From positions 124,001-188,000 of the IMG/VR virus record IMGVR_UViG_3300023278_002893: a DNA stretch of 64,000 nucleotides; one strand, 5' to 3'. The position numbers and the translations under genes are program-made. Numbering within the stretch: position 1 is the stretch's first letter; each line of letters starts with the position of its first letter. The notes beneath the pieces were generated by a model. That model made no database searches, was not told the origin of the DNA, and saw nothing but the letters and a program-made list of their open reading frames with translations. Of the stretch, positions 51,148 to 60,078 are shown piece after piece.

Positions 51148-52020
51148 TTAAGCCTTGGGAGTTTCCTCAGGAGCGGGCTCTTCCTTCTTCTTTCGAGGAC
51201 GTCCTCGCTTCTTAGGTGCCGGCTTCACAGCAGCGGCTTTCTTCTTAGGAGCTTTCTTCTTCTTTGGTTTCGCATCTACTGCGTCCAAAGATAGCTCCTC
51301 AGAAGTATCTTCCTCCACGTCAGCGTCAGCATCAGGATTTTCCTCTTCTGCTTCTGCTCTTGCAGTGTCAATGGCACGGGTTAGTCTATCCTGTGCTATG
51401 TCTCTAAGAGCAGACTGCTCAGGGGTATTCTCTAGGAAATTACTTTCTAATCCCTGAATCCAAAGCATGACTTCGAATCTGGACTTTACGGAAAGTGCGG
51501 AGTTCTCTTCATTCTGGTAAGAATCAAAGTCTTCCCAAAGAACAGAACCATCCTTCTCCTGGACAATACGGGATGTTAGATACTCGTTACGGGCGTCGTC
51601 TGCCAGATTCTCACAGGTGTTTCCCATAGGACCATTCACCTGCTGGTTAAGAGAAAACAACTCGTCGCGCAATCTAGCTATCTCAAGTGCTAGTCCCTCA
51701 CGTTCTAGTTCGGGGGCGGTATCACTAACGTTTTCTAGTTTAAATAGTTCGGAAGCTAGTCCGATCCTGGTACTCTCCACCTTCATCGCGTAGTCCTCGG
51801 AAAGAATACCCTTCTCTCTTAGAACATCCACCATCTGTGCTTGGGTAAGAAACCCATCTACGATGGCTTGGTTATAAATCTTAGAGTATTGCCAGTCTGC
51901 CTTTCGAACATCAGCAGCGCTTGGCTGTGCGATGAAGAAAGAAACATCTTCACCCTCCACGGGTGCGGTAAATTCACGTCTAGAATCCAGAACGTCTTTA
52001 ACGTTTTTGGCAGTTGCCAT
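51148..52020 (-). CDS. Tail assembly chaperone-like protein (G-like) with acidic stretch and K-rich/AT-hook tail
   Basis: Position; helical acidic body; C-terminal PKKKKAPKKKAAAVKPAPKKRGRPRKKK. Confidence 0.6.
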   Translation of the reverse strand: MATAKNVKDVLDSRREFTAPVEGEDVSFFIAQPSAADVRKADWQYSKIYNQAIVDGFLTQAQMVDVLREKGILSEDYAMKVESTRIGLASELFKLENVSDTAPELEREGLALEIARLRDELFSLNQQVNGPMGNTCENLADDARNEYLTSRIVQEKDGSVLWEDFDSYQNEENSALSVKSRFEVMLWIQGLESNFLENTPEQSALRDIAQDRLTRAIDTARAEAEEENPDADADVEEDTSEELSLDAVDAKPKKKKAPKKKAAAVKPAPKKRGRPRKKKEEPAPEETPKA

Positions 52021-52039
52021 TTTATATTCTCCTTTTCCT

Positions 52040-52330
52040 TTAAGCCTTCCTATTTGAACCTATTACGGGACGCTGGATTTCAATAACGTCCTCATTAGTA
52101 GGAACAAATAGTACCCGGTAATACATGTCAAGGTTTTTCTTAACGTCACGCACCGCGTTATTTGCAGATCTAAGTACCTTAGATCGGACAATCTTATAAC
52201 GTTCAGGATCTCCAATTGCTACTTCAACAATGTTGAGGATCTCGTCGGCGCTTCCCAGAACATTAACCTCTACCTCTTTCTTTAGTTTGTCTCTGGACCT
52301 CTCCAGAACTACATCTTCCTGTGAATTCAT
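52040..52330 (-). CDS. Hypothetical protein (96 aa)
   Basis: SD AGGAG; helical. Confidence 0.7.
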   Translation of the reverse strand: MNSQEDVVLERSRDKLKKEVEVNVLGSADEILNIVEVAIGDPERYKIVRSKVLRSANNAVRDVKKNLDMYYRVLFVPTNEDVIEIQRPVIGSNRKA

Positions 52331-52363
52331 TAGGTAGCATCTCCTTCCCTTTTAATCCTATTC

Positions 52364-52418
52364 CTCCGGAAAGATCCGGAAGTCTGGTTACTGCCCTAGG
52401 ATATACCCAGAACAGTAA
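52364..52418 (-). terminator. Tandem hairpins after the major tail gene (terminator or mRNA-stabilising)
   Basis: ttactgttctggg-tatat-cctagggcagtaa (13-bp stem with G-U pairs) followed by ttccgga-tctt-tccggag; no clear U-tract. Confidence 0.5.
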
Positions 52419-52430
52419 TTAAGAATTGCC

Positions 52431-54311
52431 TTACGAAATTCGAGGTGCGTTCGGATTAATTTCGAATCCGGGGTCGGCGACGAGGTCACCAACATCAACT
52501 TCACCAAGAATGGCGAATACTCGATTGGTGCCTCGGAAACCGTAGGTCTGACTTGCATTCTCTCCAAGGGAGAGATTGAATGCTTCGTCAGTGATTCGAA
52601 GATCCTTAGCAAGGACCGTCTTCAACGGTCGCTCACGATGTGTGTTAGTCTTAGAAGGTACTGCGGGGATTTCCGTCGGCGAACCGGACGGATCACCATC
52701 AGGGTCTTCCGCGAGTCCATCATAATAATTGTATCGCGTTCCTCTCTGATAGTACTCATCTCCTACCATCTCACGAGTAACAACACGTCGTTCAGACCCA
52801 ACACCACCAGCTTCCTCATCAGTCTGCTGGTAAATAAGTACTGCGAGATCAAGTCGCTGGTTAGCAGTCATGAAGTCAAAGATGGAAATTTCGTCGGTGG
52901 TTAGAGCGGTAAAGCCTGCCTTCTTAGAAGCAAAGGTGGCATACTCAGTAAGATCACCAGCGGTGGTTTCCATCGTTACAGTAAATGGAATTGGGAATGT
53001 TAGGGATCGATCATAAGGCCTTAGATGCGAGAGTTCGAAAAGAGGCTCACGAGTGAGATCTGCAGCAATAGTCACAGATTGTACTCGAAGAGCAATCTCG
53101 CCATCGAGATCAAAACCAGGGCCTAGAACATCTTTATCAATGAGGTAAATCTCAACTTGACCCTGTCGGACCGCTCCGACGTCCTCTGGCTTAGCAGCGG
53201 GGTCAATTTCGATCGGTGAGAAATATTCAGCATCACGTCGCGTAGCCATGTTGGAAGCAGCTGCAGTACTATTTCTAGCGGTCTGCGTAGTTCCATCCAA
53301 CTGACTGAAGGTGCTTGCAAAAGCGTTTGCGGCGTAAATTACGAACAGGATATCACCAGCGGACTTTACGTCTCCGTTCAAAAAAGCAACGTTAGATGAA
53401 AGATCGGTGGGATCAAATAACTCATTCGTAGAACTGTCATATACATATTTACCCGCCGTTGCTGCTGCTCCCGCCTCTACTGGAACTTCGAAAGAAGTCA
53501 AAGTAGAGTTGTTGAAGTAGCGAACAGACGGAGTACCAAAGGAATCGAATCTTAAGAATGACAACTGACCAGTAGAGCGGGTCGAAACCAACTCGGGGAC
53601 GGTTGCGTTCTCATCGAGTCCAATGAACACGGACGCCGAGGCCTTATCGACCTTGAGTCCCGTTCCGCCAGTAACACCACTGTTGGCGTCGGTCTCACCA
53701 GCGGCATCTGCATACACAAATTCCTCATTTGAAACAAATTTACCATCATTGACAAACCAGAACTTAGAGTCTGTCTCTGCGCCGAAGTTCTCGGCAGCAT
53801 TTGCCCCAGCTGAATATGTCCATTCAATAGAATTGATGAACACACGAGGCAGGTACATCGTCTGATCAATTGCATCATTCGAAGTACCAAGAGAGCACTC
53901 GCTCTGGATTGGTGCCCAAATCTCAACAGCCGAACCTGTCTCGCAGCCGGAAAGACCAAAATCGGTCAGGGCAATACCATGATAATAAGCAATTTCTACT
54001 GCAGCGTCTCCAATACCACTTACAACGGTCAAGTGACCAGAAGCGGTAGTGGCACCTTTGTTAACAACACCGTCGAACTCAAGGTTCGCTAGGTGATAAA
54101 GATTAGACACTGAACCGAACTCGTCGGTCTCGAGGGTGACTGCGACAGTCGGGGAATCATCCACGACGTCGATGACTTTAAGCTGACCCAACTCGAAGAT
54201 ATCTTCAGTGTTGAAGGTCGTAGTAGAGCCAAAAGTCATCACCCGATACAGTACATTACCATTTGCCCATACCGAATTACTTGGATATATAATTCGATTT
54301 CGTCTTGCCAT
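52431..54311 (-). CDS. Major tail tube protein (626 aa) with two tandem tube-like domains
   Basis: Between the tail terminator and chaperones; strong SD; duplicated motif RVMTFGSTTTFNTEDIFELGQL / RVQSVTIAADLTREPLFELSHL. Confidence 0.75.
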   Translation of the reverse strand: MARRNRIIYPSNSVWANGNVLYRVMTFGSTTTFNTEDIFELGQLKVIDVVDDSPTVAVTLETDEFGSVSNLYHLANLEFDGVVNKGATTASGHLTVVSGIGDAAVEIAYYHGIALTDFGLSGCETGSAVEIWAPIQSECSLGTSNDAIDQTMYLPRVFINSIEWTYSAGANAAENFGAETDSKFWFVNDGKFVSNEEFVYADAAGETDANSGVTGGTGLKVDKASASVFIGLDENATVPELVSTRSTGQLSFLRFDSFGTPSVRYFNNSTLTSFEVPVEAGAAATAGKYVYDSSTNELFDPTDLSSNVAFLNGDVKSAGDILFVIYAANAFASTFSQLDGTTQTARNSTAAASNMATRRDAEYFSPIEIDPAAKPEDVGAVRQGQVEIYLIDKDVLGPGFDLDGEIALRVQSVTIAADLTREPLFELSHLRPYDRSLTFPIPFTVTMETTAGDLTEYATFASKKAGFTALTTDEISIFDFMTANQRLDLAVLIYQQTDEEAGGVGSERRVVTREMVGDEYYQRGTRYNYYDGLAEDPDGDPSGSPTEIPAVPSKTNTHRERPLKTVLAKDLRITDEAFNLSLGENASQTYGFRGTNRVFAILGEVDVGDLVADPGFEINPNAPRIS

Positions 54312-54372
54312 ATCAGGTCTTCCTCCTTTTACGAGAATTTATTTGCCACATCATTGGGGGTAAAGTGTGACA

Positions 54373-54438
54373 CCACTAAAGTGAGGCTACTTTGGTGGAA
54401 TAAAAAAGGCCTATACCATACCTGGACGCTTCTGCGTC
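54373..54438 (-). promoter_or_regulatory. Structured leader of the major tail gene (two hairpins)
   Basis: ggacgc-agaa-gcgtcc and ccaccaaagt-agcctc-actttagtgg. Confidence 0.4.
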
Positions 54439-54446
54439 CGTATTTG

Positions 54447-55286
54447 CTACAGAGAGTTGAAATCCAAACCCATTCTGTAAGATTCTGCCATGAAAGTTAC
54501 CTTAGAACGCCATTGATTAAGATCACTCCATTCCTGCCTAAAACTAATAGGCTCCGCTCTTACATTTCTGAAATGAAAAAGAGCATCATCGTTTCCATTG
54601 ACCTGGAGAACATCTCCGGCCCAACCAGTATTATAAGTACCATCATAGTTGAGAGGCTCACCCTCTCTAAAGTCCATAACGGTTAAGTGTCTATTATACA
54701 AAGCATCATAAATAAACTCAGTAAGATCATCCCGTTCAGAGCTGGAGGTAGCAAAGACATGGATGATCATGTTTCTGCGCGAGATTCTACCAGGCCCGAT
54801 CTGATAAGGATCTTTCTGGTATGCACCCATCTCCACCGCCACAATTGGACCATCTGGAGGATTAGTGCCAGGCCATCCATCAATTACAGATACGTAGTTT
54901 TGACTAAAATCAACCAGGGTAGGAACTCCGTCCGGAGTAGTAGTACCCCCACTGGCGACGAGTGCACCGTCAAGATAATTTATTGTGTAGTAGGAGCTGT
55001 CTATCACCCCTCCCACTTCGTTATATACAGTTACTCTGGTGGTTTGTTCGGTATTGGGAATCCCTGTCGTACAGAGAGAGTCCTGACCGTAAGCGTCAAA
55101 ATAAACCCAACCCCGACCCTCGTCTAGAAAATTAGGGAGCCAGGTTATTGCTGCTTCAAACCGTGTCTTATCTGCGTTGTAGCTGAGGGGCGCATTAACA
55201 ATGTTCTCTACCCACTTCATGGGGAGAAGAACACCCTTCAACCAGTGCTGCAACGACTGGTCTTCCATGCGGGCTAGAGTTACCAT
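54447..55286 (-). CDS. Tail terminator/completion protein (279 aa)
   Basis: Directly upstream of the tube gene; PIVAVE...YQIG...IIHVFATSSSERDDLTEFIYDAL is typical of terminator folds. Confidence 0.65.
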   Translation of the reverse strand: MVTLARMEDQSLQHWLKGVLLPMKWVENIVNAPLSYNADKTRFEAAITWLPNFLDEGRGWVYFDAYGQDSLCTTGIPNTEQTTRVTVYNEVGGVIDSSYYTINYLDGALVASGGTTTPDGVPTLVDFSQNYVSVIDGWPGTNPPDGPIVAVEMGAYQKDPYQIGPGRISRRNMIIHVFATSSSERDDLTEFIYDALYNRHLTVMDFREGEPLNYDGTYNTGWAGDVLQVNGNDDALFHFRNVRAEPISFRQEWSDLNQWRSKVTFMAESYRMGLDFNSL

Positions 55287-55939
55287 TATAAACGCTTTCC
55301 CTCCCTTGCGGATTTGATTGCTTTAGTAATGAATGGTTTTAATTTAAATTCATTAATCGCCTCGGTAAAAATATCCAAAGGAGAAAGTCCAGAAAAGGGA
55401 TGCCTGACGGAAGCAAATGAGGTGAATTTACTCCACCCCTCCCTATCGAACTCATCACGGCTAATCATAAACCCTTCCTGGAATCTACCAGGAGTAGGAG
55501 GGGAACCTCCCTTCTGGGCGTAAAGTTCAGGAGTAATAAAAGCCCACTCTCCCAACAATCCCTCTATATAGAACACCACCCAGTCGAGCGGATTAAAACT
55601 TTTAGGATCCCAATTACCATCCTCCGAATAACCTAAAAACTCCTTTTCTCCTAAACGAACTATAAGTCCTCGATCAGTAACCAGCAAGTTGTGTTCCAGG
55701 TCTTGCTCAAGTTTTGTCTTAAATTCTGTTCTCCAATAAGCGGGGTTAGTAGGATCTTCAGGCATACCCGACATTCTAGAAGAAAGATCATCATACCCAT
55801 CCATAATCATGTCAATTAGATGAGGCATAGCCTCCGTTCTAATAACCGTGACTACATTATGGTGGATGAGCTCCTGCCTCTTCTTGAGGATTCTACTTAA
55901 TCCAGACGTATCTATATTTAGATTTGCCTTAAACCCCAC
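55286..55939 (-). CDS. Neck/tail completion protein (217 aa)
   Basis: Gene order; C-terminal VRHPFSG...FTEAI. Confidence 0.5.
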   Translation of the reverse strand: MGFKANLNIDTSGLSRILKKRQELIHHNVVTVIRTEAMPHLIDMIMDGYDDLSSRMSGMPEDPTNPAYWRTEFKTKLEQDLEHNLLVTDRGLIVRLGEKEFLGYSEDGNWDPKSFNPLDWVVFYIEGLLGEWAFITPELYAQKGGSPPTPGRFQEGFMISRDEFDREGWSKFTSFASVRHPFSGLSPLDIFTEAINEFKLKPFITKAIKSAREGKRL

Positions 55940-56619
55940 TATCTGCCTCCCAGACGGCCCCGCTGGTCAAGAATATCAGAGGCATTCTTGATTCTCTTTC
56001 TAGGATCATCATCTCTACTTAGTTTGTCACCACTTCCATAATTACCACTGGTACGCTGACCCTCATCTACTGTTTGCATCAGCGTCTCACACACAGCGTC
56101 CTCACCACCAAGTCCTCTAAGGAAAGGGGGCTTAAACTTGGCGAGCTTTACGTTGGTGTTTATAAAAAATATTTCATTGTTCAGAAGCAGCTCGTAGTTA
56201 CAAGGGAGCGTCTTGATGATTACCAGACTAACTCCCTCCTTACCAGCAGCTTCACTTTGAAAAGAACCCCTTCTTCCCGTCTCAGAGAAGAAATTAACCA
56301 TTGACTTGATGCAAATCTCCTTGTTAGTAAAGATCTGACCCTCTCCGATACATACCGGGCATCTCCCCTCTGTAAAACTGATAGGACTCAGGAGTCTAGA
56401 ATCACTGGTACCTGCGAAGATGGTCGTGGGGGTAACGAATGTAGAATCAAAAACATTAGAAGAGTTCTTGTTGATGGAATCCCAAATACAGTTGGGGCAA
56501 TCCACGAACATAGGACTCTCCTGGACTACAACCAGATCCTGAGATAGGTCAGTTACCAGCTGCTGAACCTTCCTCTTATAATCCTTCTTCATCTTGCTAG
56601 TTACTAGTTTTCTCGGCAT
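55939..56619 (-). CDS. Head closure/stopper-like protein with Zn-binding CxxC pairs (226 aa)
   Basis: DCPNC...RCPVCIGEG; gene order. Confidence 0.55.
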   Translation of the reverse strand: MPRKLVTSKMKKDYKRKVQQLVTDLSQDLVVVQESPMFVDCPNCIWDSINKNSSNVFDSTFVTPTTIFAGTSDSRLLSPISFTEGRCPVCIGEGQIFTNKEICIKSMVNFFSETGRRGSFQSEAAGKEGVSLVIIKTLPCNYELLLNNEIFFINTNVKLAKFKPPFLRGLGGEDAVCETLMQTVDEGQRTSGNYGSGDKLSRDDDPRKRIKNASDILDQRGRLGGR

Positions 56620-57575
56620 TAGTCTATCCTAACGCCAGTAATATTGTATGAAGATGCATATCTAGCACACTCAACCAGGTAGTCTATCTTTCTCTTAAGA
56701 TCAGATAAATCCTCCGTTCGAGATCTAATCATCGCACTATTGTCGTAGGTGGTATCCCCATCAACGATCTTGAATGCTCCCTGTGAGACTTCTCTAATTT
56801 CCCCCTCAAGTAGAAGGATGGCTGCTTGCATGATTCTCATCTCAGTGGTTATTTGCGTCGCGGTGAGCCCACAACTGACTAGCAGATTCGCCGAGCGGTC
56901 ATACGCCAGTAGGATCTCACGGTCAGAGAACCTGAAGTGATTATAATAAACGTCTAGAGACCCTGTAATGCACGGGCTAGTGCCACTAAAAGACAAAAAG
57001 CGGTAACCAATAACCTGAGGGTCAGCGATATCGGTCTTTTCAATACCATTGAGAAGTACCTTTTGAGGCCAAGCCTTCCACTCATTCATCTCCCAAGTAC
57101 ATCCATTGGGATCGATCTGGGTGGCACAGGCGGCATTTGATTGTACATCAGAGGAGTCGTAAATGTCTCTCTCGATCAGACCACTGTCGCCTAGGGTAAG
57201 ACGCAAAGACTCCACGATCTCCCTGTCATCGTCACTGAGGGCGATCTCCGGGGGATATGTAGCGGTAGTAGTAGGTACGGTGTATTCGGAAAAGATCCCA
57301 GTCTCCTGGGCCACTTCTGAGAATACACTGGAGATCAGGGTGCTGGTATTGTAATACTGCGCCTTGTAATACAGTGCCGGCGTACTAGTCAAATCGCAAT
57401 AGACAACAGAAGAAGAGACAGCCACCTCAGCGAGGAGACTGTAAGGTCCATTCACATCGGTAGCTCTAAATATTCGCACCACATCGAAAAGAGTCCCCAC
57501 TGCGGTAACGGAAGTCGCGGTTATTGTTAAAGTACCATTAACTATACTATCAATAACTGGCTTGAGTACTGACAT
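56619..57575 (-). CDS. Head-tail adaptor-like protein with N-terminal Fn3-like domain (318 aa)
   Basis: IFRATDVNGPYSLL...YYKAQYY (Fn3-like); LRLTLGD...FSDREI...QAAILLL...KIVDGDTTYD (adaptor-like). Confidence 0.6.
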   Translation of the reverse strand: MSVLKPVIDSIVNGTLTITATSVTAVGTLFDVVRIFRATDVNGPYSLLAEVAVSSSVVYCDLTSTPALYYKAQYYNTSTLISSVFSEVAQETGIFSEYTVPTTTATYPPEIALSDDDREIVESLRLTLGDSGLIERDIYDSSDVQSNAACATQIDPNGCTWEMNEWKAWPQKVLLNGIEKTDIADPQVIGYRFLSFSGTSPCITGSLDVYYNHFRFSDREILLAYDRSANLLVSCGLTATQITTEMRIMQAAILLLEGEIREVSQGAFKIVDGDTTYDNSAMIRSRTEDLSDLKRKIDYLVECARYASSYNITGVRID

Positions 57576-57612
57576 GTGTTAGGACTCCTCCTTCTTATTA
57601 GTGACGCACACT

Positions 57613-58143
57613 CTAATAAACTTCCTCCAGTCTTTTCATAACGAGGCGTCTATGTTCTTCTTTATTAGAAAAATGATTAGTCATGCTCAATGCTCTCTTC
57701 AAGATCTTACGGTCATTTGTATTATTGATTAGCGACTTGGCGTCTTCGATACTCGATTCAACTATTAGGCCTGACGTTACCTTTGCTCTCTCGTTTGCAT
57801 CCTTAGTTCGAGTAAATTTCTTTCCGGCCCCTTTCCCAGGTGTTACCTTCTTACGAACTTTAGGTACAGAAACTACTACTTCTGGTTCCCCCTTCTTGAC
57901 TTCTACTGCAGTCTCTCTATCTTCCTTGAAAAAAGGAACTCCTTCTTCTTTGTAAAAATTCCACCCATCGGCGGAGAAGTAGTTTTCCTTCAACCACTTG
58001 GCAAAAGCGACCCCCTTTTTCAAACCGCTACGCTCACCAACAGTTAGATACGCGTTATCTAGTGAGAGGATGCCGTTTATTGGTAAGGGCCTCTGTAGTT
58101 TAAAAATAGATCTATTTGTCTCGTTCTTAACAAAACCTTTCAT
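57613..58143 (-). CDS. Hypothetical protein (176 aa)
   Basis: SD AGGAG; basic. Confidence 0.7.
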   Translation of the reverse strand: MKGFVKNETNRSIFKLQRPLPINGILSLDNAYLTVGERSGLKKGVAFAKWLKENYFSADGWNFYKEEGVPFFKEDRETAVEVKKGEPEVVVSVPKVRKKVTPGKGAGKKFTRTKDANERAKVTSGLIVESSIEDAKSLINNTNDRKILKRALSMTNHFSNKEEHRRLVMKRLEEVY

Positions 58144-58153
58144 AAAATACTCC

Positions 58154-58498
58154 TTAATCCTTTATAATATTAACATACCTCTGGTCATAATATTTATCCG
58201 TCCATTTATCAACGATGTTGTGGATAACATTAGATAGTCTTTGGACTATGAACAAAGTAAAGAATAGATCCAAGTAACCGTTACCGGACATGGGCACAAC
58301 AGGTCTCGCTACGCAAACCACTACGGCTGCAACCCAAAAAGAAAAACAATAACCACAACTGAGTAATTCCCCAAACCAACTACCCCATTTAGAAACTACA
58401 GCGCGAAGGGGTTTAAAGAGAACAGATTTAATTACTAGTTCCGTTAGCGCCTCAGTAATGAAAGCTGCTGCTAAAATATGTAAAAATATAAGACCCAT
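58154..58498 (-). CDS. DUF1360-like small membrane protein
   Basis: Hydrophobic helices and GELLSCGYCFSFWVA (LxCxxCxxxW signature). Confidence 0.7.
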   Translation of the reverse strand: MGLIFLHILAAAFITEALTELVIKSVLFKPLRAVVSKWGSWFGELLSCGYCFSFWVAAVVVCVARPVVPMSGNGYLDLFFTLFIVQRLSNVIHNIVDKWTDKYYDQRYVNIIKD

Positions 58499-58507
58499 GT
58501 AATTCTC

Positions 58508-58810
58508 CTATTCGTATATAATAGTAACGTCTATGTCCGCACTTAAAACCAACGTTAATCCGTTGTTTAGTGGGATGTCGAAACCAATACTCTTCTTGAA
58601 AGCATTTCCTGTGCCGATGGTGGATTGATAAACAATATCGCCCGAGGCGGCGCCGTTATTATACACTGTAATAGTGCTGCTGTTGGGATTAGAATTAATC
58701 GAAATCTGGTGGAGCCATGCCTTAGCGCCCGTCTCGCGCAGTACGGTGGTGGACGCGAGGTCAACTCGGAACCATTTTCTAGCATCTCTGTAGTGGACAG
58801 TATTTGTCAT
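58508..58810 (-). CDS. Small beta-sandwich virion protein, paralog 3 of 3
   Basis: AWLHQISIN...TVYNNGAASGD...FDIPLNNGLTLVLS..IDVTIIYE. Confidence 0.75.
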   Translation of the reverse strand: MTNTVHYRDARKWFRVDLASTTVLRETGAKAWLHQISINSNPNSSTITVYNNGAASGDIVYQSTIGTGNAFKKSIGFDIPLNNGLTLVLSADIDVTIIYE

Positions 58811-58819
58811 TTGTACCTC

Positions 58820-59122
58820 CTACTCATATATAACGGTTAAATCTAACCCACCGCTACCAACTACAGTAAGACCCTTATCAAGTAATACATTAAAGTCAAA
58901 CACACGTGATTGGTTAGAGGCGAACCCGACATTAAGCACTGAGACGGGATCAGATGACTCTCCGGAACTATTATAAATCACAACCGTGGCCGGGTCGAAG
59001 GCCGTGTTAATTATAATTCTGTGCAGCCGTGCTGAATTACCATCACCCCTAATAACAGTGGTCCCTGCGGTACTAATACGTATCCATTTTCTATTTTCTC
59101 TATTAGGTTCTTCCATCCTCAA
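58820..59122 (-). CDS. Small beta-sandwich virion protein, paralog 2 of 3
   Basis: ARLHRIIIN...VIYNSSGESSD...FNVLLDKGLTVVGS..LDLTVIYE. Confidence 0.75.
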   Translation of the reverse strand: MRMEEPNRENRKWIRISTAGTTVIRGDGNSARLHRIIINTAFDPATVVIYNSSGESSDPVSVLNVGFASNQSRVFDFNVLLDKGLTVVGSGGLDLTVIYE

Positions 59123-59127
59123 ACTCC

Positions 59128-59424
59128 CTACTCGTATACCACTGTTAGGTTCATCGGGGCACTCAAGACAATGGTTAGTCCGCTATCTAATCTAACATCA
59201 AACAGAAACGGGTTCCTAAGAGCGGCTGTATCCGTTAAAGTAATTAACGCAAAGACATCACCAGACGCTGCTCCATTATTATAAATTGTAACAGTTCCGG
59301 GTGCGGGATCACCTGGTATAATGGAATGAAGCCATGCAGTATTACCAGTGGCTCTTAGTATATTAGTACCTGAGGTCAATCGTGCCCATTTCCTACCTTC
59401 CCTGTAGAGTGGATTATCTGTCAT
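59128..59424 (-). CDS. Small beta-sandwich virion protein, paralog 1 of 3
   Basis: AWLHSIIPG...TIYNNGAASGD...FDVRLDSGLTIVLS..MNLTVVYE. Confidence 0.75.
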   Translation of the reverse strand: MTDNPLYREGRKWARLTSGTNILRATGNTAWLHSIIPGDPAPGTVTIYNNGAASGDVFALITLTDTAALRNPFLFDVRLDSGLTIVLSAPMNLTVVYE

Positions 59425-59441
59425 TTATCTTTTCCTTGTTG

Positions 59442-59954
59442 TTAAATTTCAGACATAAATTCTTCTGCGGTCTTAGTGTGTTTCCTAAGATTACAACTAG
59501 GACACGCAAGGCATAAATTAGACCAAGTGTGCTTACCTCCCCTAGAAAGGGGCAGTTTGTGATCTAAATGAGAATTTTCTTCAATAGAAACACTGCAATA
59601 AAAACACATCTTATCTTGTACACACGAGAGTAGTTCTATCATGCCACTAAAAATAAATCCTAAATTATTATCCTTAAGTGCTCGTCTTTTTTGGGCATAT
59701 TCTCTAAATTTAAGTTTATTAGATTTCTGATATTCAGATTGTTTTGATGGATATTTATCCCTATAAGATTCACTATATTCTCTGTGCATTATTTTCTTTC
59801 TCTCTATGTTGCACTTATAATACTTATTATTTCTAAGTTTATCTATCTCCGATACACACTCTTTACACTGAGATTTAAATCCATTTTTAGAAGAACTATT
59901 TTTATAGAATTCATTCTTTCTCTTTAGCACCTTGCATGTACTACATATTTTCAT
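59442..59954 (-). CDS. HNH homing endonuclease (170 aa), intact motif
   Basis: CSTC..CKEC; CFYC...SHLDHKLPLSRGGKHTWSNLCLACPSCNLRKH; AT-rich; same family as 28497..29093. Confidence 0.9.
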   Translation of the reverse strand: MKICSTCKVLKRKNEFYKNSSSKNGFKSQCKECVSEIDKLRNNKYYKCNIERKKIMHREYSESYRDKYPSKQSEYQKSNKLKFREYAQKRRALKDNNLGFIFSGMIELLSCVQDKMCFYCSVSIEENSHLDHKLPLSRGGKHTWSNLCLACPSCNLRKHTKTAEEFMSEI

Positions 59955-59960
59955 AAATAC

Positions 59961-60078
59961 CTCTTGTAGCTAGAACGTAGGGACAGTTAGCGGGGAGACT
60001 AACCTTTTTTAGATGCCTAGGCTATAGGAACCCACGCTCTAGCTTTTAATATTATGGGACCTAAAAAACCTACAAGAG
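59961..60078 (-). promoter_or_regulatory. Structured 5' leader of the HNH gene, predicted to sequester its RBS
   Basis: ctcttgtag pairs with ctacaagag (overlapping the AAGAGG SD); inner stem ctagagcgtggg/cctacgttctag encloses two hairpins. Confidence 0.55.

Noticed and set aside
51140-51260. Programmed frameshift between the chaperone genes
   Set aside because: No convincing slippery heptamer seen; the second gene has its own ATG and repeats the domain of the first
52431-54311. Tail sheath assignment for the 626-aa protein
   Set aside because: No sheath motifs (e.g. N-terminal PGVY); it has duplicated tube motifs and no separate small tube gene follows
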